From Chloroflexota bacterium (lineage in GTDB: Bacteria; Chloroflexota; Dehalococcoidia; Lucifugimonadales; SAR202-VII-2): a DNA stretch of 64,000 bases. Shown here in pieces: positions 44,495-53,006 of the stretch (its first letter is position 1; the number at the start of each line of letters is the position of its first letter). The stretch is from assembly GCA_003228115.1 (NCBI GenBank), contig QEVV01000006.1, forward strand, positions 25,094-89,093, read 5' to 3'. The notes beneath the pieces are model-generated. The model saw nothing but the letters and a program-made list of their open reading frames with translations. It was not told the origin of the DNA and made no database searches. A program made the position numbers and the translations under genes.

Positions 44495-45730
44495 ATGAGA
44501 TCCAAGAACAAGACTGCTCCTGGTTTTTTGTTCCTGGTGGCCACAGCCGGATCGGGGATATTCATCATTCAATTGGTCATATTCATGATGGGTCCACTGC
44601 TGGTGGATATCGCGGACGACCTTGGGGTAGAAGTGCCGGTTGCTGGCCAATTGAACACCGTGACCGCGGGCGTTTGGTTGTTCGTGGCCGGATCCGCCGG
44701 GTACTTCTCCGATCGGTACGGACGCAAGCCAATCTTGCTCATTGGGCTGGTGGCGACCATCGTGGGAGTCCTTGGCATGGGAGTTGCGTGGACATTCCCT
44801 GTCGCTATGTTATTCCGGGCGGTCAGCGGACTGGGAGGGCTCATTCCTCCCACCTTCTCCGCCTTCCTTGCCGACTATGTCCCAGCATCAAGCCGTGGGA
44901 AAGCCTTTGGATGGATGAGTGCGACGGGCGGGTTGGCCATTGTTGTGGGCGTGCCACTAACGACTCTCGTTGGTGAATTGGTGGGCTGGCGCTGGAGCTT
45001 CGTTGCTGCGGCTGCAGCTACAGCGCTTGTGGGCCTTTTTGTTTTTCTAAGGCTCCCGAATCCCGCCCCCGTTGGGAATTCCGGTGGCATCCTTACGAGA
45101 TTCGCGCCTCTTGCCCGTGTGGGGCTGATATGGGACATGAGCTTGGTCAACATGACCCATAGAATCGCCTACTTCGGGTTCTCCACTTATTTCGCTGCTT
45201 ACCTCATAGTCAGCCACGATCTCTCCACCGGCCAGACCGCTATTCCTGTTGCCATAATCGGCGTTGGAACCGTGGTTTCTCCGGCAGTGGTGGGGTACAT
45301 GGCCGATAGCCGGCATCGGTCCAAAGTGATGCCGGTTGGGCTGGCGATCAGCGGGGTGATAGCGTACTTGATTTTTGGAGTGGACCTGCCCCTGCTGCTG
45401 GTCGTGGCGTTGGGTTTGCTCTTCACGGTTGCCATCTTCGCCCCTTTCACCATGTTCCACACCTTTCTGTCCCTTATTGGCGGCCGGCGGCTCCAAGGCA
45501 CGGCAATGAATGTACCCGCATTCAGCAATCAGAGCGGGGCAATGTTTGGTCCAGCCTTGGGCGGCTTGGCGCTGGCGATAGGGGGATATGGCGCGATCGG
45601 TCTTCTCTGCATGGTAGTGGCAGTATTTGGCTCGGTGGTAGCGGCAGCCCGCGTGCGTGACGACCGAATCAGGGCAGCAACTGAACGTATTGCCCGATTG
45701 GACCCTCAGGGCAACACTGACAACCGATGA
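44495..45730 (+). CDS. MFS transporter
   Basis: SDRYGRKP loop motif and about 12 TM segments. Confidence 0.85.
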   Translation: MRSKNKTAPGFLFLVATAGSGIFIIQLVIFMMGPLLVDIADDLGVEVPVAGQLNTVTAGVWLFVAGSAGYFSDRYGRKPILLIGLVATIVGVLGMGVAWTFPVAMLFRAVSGLGGLIPPTFSAFLADYVPASSRGKAFGWMSATGGLAIVVGVPLTTLVGELVGWRWSFVAAAAATALVGLFVFLRLPNPAPVGNSGGILTRFAPLARVGLIWDMSLVNMTHRIAYFGFSTYFAAYLIVSHDLSTGQTAIPVAIIGVGTVVSPAVVGYMADSRHRSKVMPVGLAISGVIAYLIFGVDLPLLLVVALGLLFTVAIFAPFTMFHTFLSLIGGRRLQGTAMNVPAFSNQSGAMFGPALGGLALAIGGYGAIGLLCMVVAVFGSVVAAARVRDDRIRAATERIARLDPQGNTDNR

Positions 45731-45814
45731 GCCCCGAGTCTCGCTGACACTACCCCATTGAACGGTGCGCCTATGCGGACTAGCTACACTGAACGGTGCG
45801 CCTGAGCGGACCGG

Positions 45815-46237
45815 CTACACCGCCGTACCATAAATGCTCTCAGGTACCACAACAATCACGGCACGGCGTTCATCCCTCATCGCTTGGTCAAACTCCTCCC
45901 AGTCCGGATGCTCAGCGTCTGCAGTAGCTCGATAAACGTCACGTAAGGCGGACGAAAGGGCGGCGGGTTCCGTGTTGCTGGCGTCCATCACCCTAGCCTG
46001 GCCCTCAAGTACCACATATCCACTAAACCAGTCACGGGTTGATACCAGCAACGAGCACTTAGGATTGCGCAGGAGATTCTTGTATTTGGCCCGATCACCT
46101 GGCGTTGAGAAGGCGGCACCCTCCTGAAACGGCCCCGCCAGCACCAGGCTCAGCTGCATCCCTCCATTTCCCCGCAGGGTAGAGAAACTGGCTAGGTGAT
46201 TCTTCGTGACAAACTCTTGGACATTGGTGGGCAACAT
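45815..46237 (-). CDS. PPOX-class (F420/FMN) split-barrel flavoprotein
   Basis: LASFSTLRGNGGMQLSLV...CSLLV pattern. ATG 46237 follows GAAGGAG. Confidence 0.7.
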   Translation of the reverse strand: MLPTNVQEFVTKNHLASFSTLRGNGGMQLSLVLAGPFQEGAAFSTPGDRAKYKNLLRNPKCSLLVSTRDWFSGYVVLEGQARVMDASNTEPAALSSALRDVYRATADAEHPDWEEFDQAMRDERRAVIVVVPESIYGTAV

Positions 46238-46324
46238 AGAAACTCCTTCAGGCACAGGAATACTGCGCGTCTCGATTCACTAAAGACCGGCTCGTTTCAA
46301 GTGAGGGGTTGCAGGTGCGCTGGG

Positions 46325-47080
46325 TTAGACGGTCGTGCCGCCGTCCACGGCTAAGACTTGCCCGGTGACGTAGTCGGCGTCCTTGGAGGCAAAGAAGACG
46401 AAGGCCCCAGCGCAGTCTTCCGGTTGTCCAAACCAGCCCAGAGGCACACGGCTATGTCTCTGCTCCAGGGTGGTGTGGTCAGCTTCCATCAACGCGGCCG
46501 TCATGCGGGTGTAGACCGCGGGGCTGATGCAGTTGACGTTGATGCGATAGGGCGCCAATTCCCTGGCCGCGTTCTTGGTGAAAGCGACAATGCCTCCCTT
46601 AGCTGACGCGTAGTCGGAAACGCCTGAAGATGACGCCCGAATTGCCGCCGGAGCTGACACGTTGATGATCTTCCCGCCACCTTGGTCTTTCATGTGTTTG
46701 GCCACGGCTTGGGTACCATTGAAAGTGCCCTTGAGGTGCACGGCAATAGTCCGGTCCCACTGGTCCTCCGGCATTTCCAGCAAGGGAACTGGATTAATGA
46801 TGCCTGCGTTATTGACCAGAATGTCTATTTTGCCAAACCTTTTCAGGGTAGCATCGACAAGAGCGTCTATTTCCACTCGCTGCGACACATCTGTCATAAC
46901 CATGAGCGCCTCACCGCCCAGCGCCTTGACCTCGTCGGCCACTTCCTGGGCTGCCGCGGCATCAACCCCTCCTACCACGACCACCTTTGCTCCCTCGCGA
47001 GCGAACTCAAGAGCTACGGCCCTGCCGATGCCTCGGCTAGCCCCTGTAACGATTGCGACCTTGTCCTGTAATCTATTCAT
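46325..47080 (-). CDS. Short-chain dehydrogenase/reductase (FabG-like)
   Basis: TGASRGIG, NNAG and YASAK motifs. Confidence 0.9.
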   Translation of the reverse strand: MNRLQDKVAIVTGASRGIGRAVALEFAREGAKVVVVGGVDAAAAQEVADEVKALGGEALMVMTDVSQRVEIDALVDATLKRFGKIDILVNNAGIINPVPLLEMPEDQWDRTIAVHLKGTFNGTQAVAKHMKDQGGGKIINVSAPAAIRASSSGVSDYASAKGGIVAFTKNAARELAPYRINVNCISPAVYTRMTAALMEADHTTLEQRHSRVPLGWFGQPEDCAGAFVFFASKDADYVTGQVLAVDGGTTV

Positions 47081-47207
47081 TGCTTGCTGTGAACTCCATT
47101 GGGATAGAACTGCTGGACAGACACCTCGAACGTCAACCTAAGCCCTGGCCGAGACAGAGTATATCAGGATGGACGCTGGCGACCGGGGCAGCCATTTCGG
47201 ATGGAAC

Positions 47208-48920
47208 CTAACCCAGTGTCTTGACCGGCCAGTCCACAGCCTCATCGACCTTATCCTGGGAGAGTCCGTACACTTCCTTGGCAGACTCTGACGTAACGTA
47301 CCCGTCAACGACGTCTTGGATCACCTTCGCCGAGCCTCGCTCTTTCGGGTTGCCTACACCAGCACCGCTGCCGGTTGCCATTCGCACGAGGTCGCCCTCG
47401 TTGAGTTGGATGTTGGACACTAGATTCCTGTGTCGCTGCTCATTGGGTTGGCCGGGGTTGATGACAATATAACCGACGGCTCCCTCCCTCCCCTCCAGCA
47501 TGCCCTTGGGTGGAACGCGGTACCGGCTTCCGCCGCCGGAGAAACGGCTCTCCGTAAGAATGCGATAGTCCCTGAAGTGGGCGTTGCCGCCCCTGAACCG
47601 GCCAGCGCCGCCGGAGTCAGGAATGACCCTGAATTGTTCTATCCTCACCGGAAATTCAGTTTCGATGACCTCCACACAGGTGATCTTGGGGCCGGTACCG
47701 CCATAGCCACACCCGGTCCAGCCATCGCCGCCGTCATACGACCCGCTGCCGCCGGCGATGAGTTCATAGTGAACGATAGGACGCCCGGTTGGGCCCATGC
47801 TACCTATGGTGAAGAGGCCGTTGGCTCCGTGATTGGCTCTTGCCGGGCGGCCGGAGGCTTTGGATAAGGCTTCTATAACCATATCCTCGATAATCCAGAG
47901 GACGTTGGCGTAGAACCCAACTGGGGCAGGGTAGGTTGGGTTCATGATGCTGCCAGGCCTGAATTTGTAGTCGATGACGTTGGTTACGCCGTGGTTGTTG
48001 TCCGGCGGCGACTCCATCATGGATACGATGGCGTACAAACAACTGCCTTGGATTATGGGCGGCCGGACATTCAACGGCCCGCGGTTTTGATCGGAGGATT
48101 CAGAGAAGTCCAACAGCAGATTGGAACCGTCCTTTGTGATCCTGACATGAATACGGACAGGCGTCTCCAAATCTACGAGATCGTTGTCCAAGAAGGCTTC
48201 GGCTTCGTAAACACCGTCCTTCCAGCGGGAGATCTCTGCTCGCAAATGCTGTTCCGTCTTGCGGCCGACCTCCTCGAACACCTCCAATACCGTGTCCTTG
48301 CCGTACCGGTCCATCAGTTCTACGAGCCTTTTTGCCCCCACGGTCCACATGGGGCCTGCCTGCGAGTTGTAGTCGCCGAGCAGTAACTCAGGGGTACGAG
48401 TATTCGCCCAGATTAGATTCTCGGTTTCCTTGACCACCTTGTAGCGAGACTTGTACTTCACCGGAGGAACCAACATTCCTTCTCCGAACAAGTCTCTAGC
48501 GTTGGCTGCTCGGCTGCCGGGGGCAAGACCGCCAATGTCGCCCTTGTGAGTGATACCGATGCCGAAGGCAACAAGTTCGCCCTGATAGAAGATCGGGACC
48601 ATGACGGCAGAATCCAGGGAGTGGGCGGAGCCTGACTCATAGGGGTGGCTGACAAAGAAGCAATCGCCATCTTCAATTTCTTCGTAGGAGTAGTAGCGGA
48701 GGAGGCCGGAAACGCATTCAGGGTAGGACCCCATGTGGATGGGTATCCCTGCGAACTGGGCAACCACCCGGCCCTCCCTGTCCACGAGGCCGCAGCTCAG
48801 GTCGTAGGTCTCGCGTATGAGCGTGGAGTAGCCAGTGCGGAACGTGTCGATCTGCATCTCGCGCACAATGCCCTGAAGCCTGGAGCGGATGACCTCATAA
48901 ATAATGGGATCGACGGACAC
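47208..48920 (-). CDS. Hydantoinase B/oxoprolinase family protein
   Basis: N-terminus DPIIYEVIRSRLQGIVREM...YDLSCGLVDREG. The GTG start follows GAGGAGG. Confidence 0.9.
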   Translation of the reverse strand: MSVDPIIYEVIRSRLQGIVREMQIDTFRTGYSTLIRETYDLSCGLVDREGRVVAQFAGIPIHMGSYPECVSGLLRYYSYEEIEDGDCFFVSHPYESGSAHSLDSAVMVPIFYQGELVAFGIGITHKGDIGGLAPGSRAANARDLFGEGMLVPPVKYKSRYKVVKETENLIWANTRTPELLLGDYNSQAGPMWTVGAKRLVELMDRYGKDTVLEVFEEVGRKTEQHLRAEISRWKDGVYEAEAFLDNDLVDLETPVRIHVRITKDGSNLLLDFSESSDQNRGPLNVRPPIIQGSCLYAIVSMMESPPDNNHGVTNVIDYKFRPGSIMNPTYPAPVGFYANVLWIIEDMVIEALSKASGRPARANHGANGLFTIGSMGPTGRPIVHYELIAGGSGSYDGGDGWTGCGYGGTGPKITCVEVIETEFPVRIEQFRVIPDSGGAGRFRGGNAHFRDYRILTESRFSGGGSRYRVPPKGMLEGREGAVGYIVINPGQPNEQRHRNLVSNIQLNEGDLVRMATGSGAGVGNPKERGSAKVIQDVVDGYVTSESAKEVYGLSQDKVDEAVDWPVKTLG

Positions 48921-49071
48921 GGCGCCTCCTCATCAGACGGTTGGCAGTAATGGCCGAATGCCGAGAGGGTACCGGATTATGCCGTGCCCTGGAAGGATGA
49001 AAGGGTAGGGCGTCGCCGCGCAGAATGATCGGGGAGGTTGTAGAGCAGGGGACAACGCTCTTAGCCAAGTG

Positions 49072-49106
49072 ACAAAAAGAGAGGGGCCCTGATAGGGCCC
49101 CTCTCT
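49072..49106 (-). terminator. Rho-independent terminator of RRM gene 2
   Basis: 12-bp stem AGAGAGGGGCCC / GGGCCCCTCTCT (49078-49106), followed on the minus strand by TTTTT. Confidence 0.8.
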
Positions 49107-49129
49107 GCATTCTCAGAAAAGACTGAGGA

Positions 49130-49447
49130 CTACCAGCGCCGCTCGTTGCGCGGGCCGCCTCCTCCTCCGCCAGAGTCGTTGCGAGGTCCGCTGAAGCTCC
49201 GCTGTTCACGAGGCTTGGCCTCGTTCACTGTAAGCGTGCGGCCAGCAAGGTCCTGGCCGTTCAAGCCCGTAATGGCGTTCTGAGCCTCCGTCAGGTCAGG
49301 CATCTCCACAAACCCGAATCCCTTGGACCGGCCGGAGTCACGGTCAGTGACTACCTGGGCAGACTCAACAGACCCATAAGCCAGGAAGGCTCGCTCTAGG
49401 TCAGAGTCTCGGGACTCGTACGACAGGTTCCCCACATAGATACGCAT
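49130..49447 (-). CDS. RRM-type RNA-binding protein (copy 2)
   Basis: MRIYVGNLSY and KGFGFVEM motifs with a Gly-rich tail. ATG 49447 follows AAGGAG. The upstream part of the track ORF is the leader read as protein. Confidence 0.9.
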   Translation of the reverse strand: MRIYVGNLSYESRDSDLERAFLAYGSVESAQVVTDRDSGRSKGFGFVEMPDLTEAQNAITGLNGQDLAGRTLTVNEAKPREQRSFSGPRNDSGGGGGGPRNERRW

Positions 49448-49580
49448 ATGGCACTCCTTGCCAAAAGATACCGAGCCTTCCTGTGCAAGGACGCCTGTGC
49501 CGGAGAGCTTAGCGGGGCTAAAACGCAGGGCAGGAACGAACAGTACAAGAGAAGTCTTCGGTCGCGACAGTTTACCACAG
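49448..49580 (-). promoter_or_regulatory. Conserved 5' leader (~110 nt) plus extended -10 promoter (TGGTAAACT) of RRM gene 2
   Basis: 49448-49552 is near-identical to 57897-58002. The element TGTGGTAAACT at 49569-49579 matches TGTGGTATACT upstream of copy 3. Confidence 0.55.
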
Positions 49581-49834
49581 CCCCTTAGCAAAATACTCCT
49601 AATCAATAGGGCGTGAACAGGGAGGGTAGGGAGTAGAAAAGAAGTGGCAAACGCCGAAGGTTCCACGAGGAAAAACATTGCCTCCGTCGAACAGCGTCGG
49701 GGTCGACACACATTGCTATCTGTAACCTGCGTGTGCTGTTCCGGTCCGCCCGCTTCGAAAGAACGGGAGACCGCTCAGTAAACGCAGGTTACGTCCCGCC
49801 AAACCTAGTGGGAAGGTGTCCGAATGGCCCCGGG

Positions 49835-50812
49835 TCAATCAGCGACGGCGGCAATCGTCTGCCTGGTTTCCTGCGGCAGGCGGTGCCGAAGGGCAACCTT
49901 GACGCCGGAGGCTTTCGTTTGGAGAGCCCGCTTCAAGTCCTGCGCATCCAGGGTGTACACGTCGCGGATGAGTCGCACTTCCTGCAAGGCGCAGATCACG
50001 ACCCAACTCAGGTCGAAATGCCACCAACGAAGTCCGTGGCGGGCCGATCGGGGTGACGCATGATGGGTATTGTGCCCCCCCTCACCAAGCGCAAGCAGGC
50101 CGACAAGCCAGTGGTTCCGGCTTTGATCCTTCGGAGAGAATGCACGGCTGCCAAAAACATGGCATACAGAATTAACAGACCAAGTCGCATGATGCGTTAG
50201 GGAAATCCGCACCAAACCACCCCATAGGAGACCGCTCCAGCCACCGATGGCAAAGGGTATGACGAGTGCAGCCAAGAACCATACAGGCGCCAACCGGTTG
50301 ATGAACACAACGTCCGGGTCGTTCAAGAGGTCGCGGGCCCAGCGGCCTTCGTCAGCGGCCTGGCCACGCTGAAAGAGCCATCCAAGGTGGGCGTGAGCAA
50401 ATCCCACAATCGCATTGCGGTTCAGATTGGGACTGTGGGGGTCCCCCTCCCTGTCAGAGCGCGCGTGATGCAAGCGATGATTGGCGGCCCAAGAAATAGG
50501 CCTGCCCTGTATCGACATGGTCCCCAGTATCAACAAGGCAATCTTTACGGGGCGTCTGGCATTCAAACTCCCGTGGGTTAAGAGGCGGTGATAGCCGATG
50601 GTCACTCCAAGGCCAACCAATAGGTAAATCGTGGTTAGCAGGGCAATGTCCTGCCAGCCGACCATCCGGTTCCACAACGCGAAAATCGCGTACCCCACGG
50701 CTACCAGTGGTCCTGCGACCACAAGGCCCATAACGGGCTTCCGAAGCGCCCTGCCCGCCGACCAACCTCCATCCATACTTTGCCTATCTTTCATACTTTG
50801 CCTATCTTTCAT
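49835..50812 (-). CDS. Membrane fatty-acid (acyl-CoA/acyl-lipid delta-9-type) desaturase
   Basis: His boxes HRLLTH, HRLHH and HNTHH. The start is ambiguous among ATG 50812, 50794 and 50776 because of an 18-bp tandem duplication. The track start is GTG 50857. Confidence 0.85.
   Translation of the reverse strand: MKDRQSMKDRQSMDGGWSAGRALRKPVMGLVVAGPLVAVGYAIFALWNRMVGWQDIALLTTIYLLVGLGVTIGYHRLLTHGSLNARRPVKIALLILGTMSIQGRPISWAANHRLHHARSDREGDPHSPNLNRNAIVGFAHAHLGWLFQRGQAADEGRWARDLLNDPDVVFINRLAPVWFLAALVIPFAIGGWSGLLWGGLVRISLTHHATWSVNSVCHVFGSRAFSPKDQSRNHWLVGLLALGEGGHNTHHASPRSARHGLRWWHFDLSWVVICALQEVRLIRDVYTLDAQDLKRALQTKASGVKVALRHRLPQETRQTIAAVAD
50774..50809. repeat. Perfect 18-bp tandem duplication inside the desaturase 5' end
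   Basis: CATACTTTGCCTATCTTT occurs twice (50774-50791 and 50792-50809). It encodes MKDRQS-MKDRQS on the minus strand. Confidence 0.9.
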
Positions 50813-50981
50813 TTGGACCAATCTCTTCTCCCCATATAATCGGCACCCCCTGGACACGAGTCCCAGGGGGTGTTTTCTCAGTTCATACCTATAGGATCAC
50901 AAGCCAACCATGCCCCATCCGACCACGGATCAGTGCCCAGCACGGATAATGAACCAGCCTCACAGGTGTACGGTGGCATTC

Positions 50982-51293
50982 TCAGCGGCTGCGCCCCATT
51001 TGCTCCGGACCCATCAGCGTCTTCACGAACTGTTCCACGGGAATGGCCGGCAGCGTCGTTATCGTTACTGTTCCTCTGGATCCCAGGTCTACGGACATGT
51101 GGGCCACGGTCTCGTTGTCGGGAGCTTCCACCACATTGACGAAGTCAAAGCCGCCAAGGGTGGCGTACTGAGCGATCAGCGTGCAACCGAACTCAGCAAT
51201 CTCTTCGTTGACTTCGTTGAGACGGCTTGGGTTGTCATGCAAAGTCTGCAGGCCTAGCGGCGTGAGCGTTGTGAGCAGAATGTAGGTTGCCAT
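50982..51293 (-). CDS. GYD domain protein
   Basis: MATYILLTTLTP...GGFDFVNVVEAPDNETVAHMSVDLGSRG pattern. GGGGAGG RBS. Confidence 0.8.
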   Translation of the reverse strand: MATYILLTTLTPLGLQTLHDNPSRLNEVNEEIAEFGCTLIAQYATLGGFDFVNVVEAPDNETVAHMSVDLGSRGTVTITTLPAIPVEQFVKTLMGPEQMGRSR

Positions 51294-51567
51294 GCAGACC
51301 TCCCCTTCTTCGACCCTCGGTATTCAGAACACACTACAAAGAGTGTAACCAGTTTGCCTACTCCCCTCAAGTTCAGAGGGACTTCTCCAGAGGTACTCCG
51401 TTAGTATGATCGGCCTATCTAAGGCGTGCGACTAGGGCGTGGCTCTACAATCACCGCTGAATGCACAAAACTCAAGGTGCTTATGGGGAGGCCCAAAGGC
51501 GCTACATGATATATGATTAACCGTAAAGGCCCGTGAGGCCATTGTCCTTTAGGGAGTCCTTGAAACC

Positions 51568-52944
51568 ATGACGTCAGACCCCGCTGTCCGCTACTGGCTC
51601 AAGTGCATAAACGATGACTGTGGAGCAACCTATGCACCAGAGAAGTTCATGGACACCTGCCCGCGATGCGGTGGCCTCTTTCTTCTCGAGAGAGATGAGG
51701 ACCTCATTGATAACGAGGTGGGCATCGGCCAGCAGGCTCGGGACTACTTCGACAACATCCGCTTTGGGCGGGGCCGTGACACCTACCCTTACGGAAGTGG
51801 CGTGTTCATGTGGCTTGCTCACATACTGCCAGGCTTTCCGGAAGAGTCGGTCATCTCTCTTCAAGAGGGCTTCACAGACCTGTTCAAAACGCCTGAATGG
51901 CTACAGCGGAGGGTTGGATTAAAGAACCTGTTTATCAAGATGGAGGGCCAGCTTCCGTCCCATAGCTTCAAGGACCGGGGGCTTTCCGTAGCGGTATCTG
52001 AGGCTCACCGGCTTCAGAAGACCTACCCGGAGCAAAACATCCGCTTCGTTGCCTGCGCCAGCACTGGGGATACTTCGGCTTCCGCTGCGATCTACAGCGC
52101 CTACGAAGAGAGCCTCCACTGTTTGGTGCTCCTTCCCGATGAACGGGTCTCGGAGGAGCAGCTGTACCAGGCCATGGCTCACGGGGCGACCGTCCTTTCC
52201 ATTAAGCATCCCGATGGGTTCGATGCCTGCATGAACCTTGTTGAGGAATTTTGTTCCCGGCACTCGGAAATCGTGTTGGTGAACTCCAAGAACGCCTTCC
52301 GGATCGTGGGGCAAGAGACAATAGCTTTAGAGATATGCCAGGACCTGCGGTGGAAGGCGCCCGATTGGATTTCCATTCCTTGCGGCAATGGGGGCAACCT
52401 GACGGCCCTCCTGACTTCCCTTCGGCGAATGGAGCGGCGGGGTCTGATCGACAAAGTGCCAGGAATCATCGTGGCGCAGGCGAAGAGTGCCAACACCCTG
52501 GTACGCTGGGGACGTAGCGGTTTCAAAGACTACGCACCGGGATCTTCCCGTGGTGAAACTGTTGCCACCGCCATGGACATCCAGAACCCTGTTAGCTTTC
52601 CACGAATCAAGAAGCTGGTCCCTGGTTTCAAGATGGCCTTTTACGATGTATCCGAGGAAGACATCCAGCAAACTCGGGCGATATTCATGAGTGCCGGAGC
52701 CAATATCTGCCCGCAGTCAGCGGTTGCTTTGGACGCCGTGCTCCAAGCCCGCCGGGACGGCGTTGTAAAGGAAGACGACGTAGTCACTTCCATCAGCACA
52801 GCTAGCGGCGTCAAGTTCTTTCGTTCTGGCCTAGCCTACGTTAGTAAGGAGGGCAACCCCCACGCCAACCCGCCCAGAGTGGTTAACGGTTCGGTGGAGG
52901 ACATTGAGAACGCTGTGCGCCATCTGGCCGGCGTCAACTTTTAG
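51568..52944 (+). CDS. thrC: Threonine synthase (long form with an N-terminal zinc ribbon)
   Basis: SHSFKDRG (PLP Lys), an N-terminal C..C...C..C cysteine pattern, and GNGGN. Confidence 0.9.
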   Translation: MTSDPAVRYWLKCINDDCGATYAPEKFMDTCPRCGGLFLLERDEDLIDNEVGIGQQARDYFDNIRFGRGRDTYPYGSGVFMWLAHILPGFPEESVISLQEGFTDLFKTPEWLQRRVGLKNLFIKMEGQLPSHSFKDRGLSVAVSEAHRLQKTYPEQNIRFVACASTGDTSASAAIYSAYEESLHCLVLLPDERVSEEQLYQAMAHGATVLSIKHPDGFDACMNLVEEFCSRHSEIVLVNSKNAFRIVGQETIALEICQDLRWKAPDWISIPCGNGGNLTALLTSLRRMERRGLIDKVPGIIVAQAKSANTLVRWGRSGFKDYAPGSSRGETVATAMDIQNPVSFPRIKKLVPGFKMAFYDVSEEDIQQTRAIFMSAGANICPQSAVALDAVLQARRDGVVKEDDVVTSISTASGVKFFRSGLAYVSKEGNPHANPPRVVNGSVEDIENAVRHLAGVNF

Positions 52945-53006
52945 GCAACCGCTCCGCTCTCTCGCAGCACCTGGAGGCGCCTGGCCCACTAGCCCAGGCA
53001 GAGCTT

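Noticed and set aside
51294-51567. Possible riboswitch or T-box leader in the 274-nt region upstream of thrC
   Set aside because: I saw no SAM-I, T-box or other conserved riboswitch core sequences, and no terminator/antiterminator pair.
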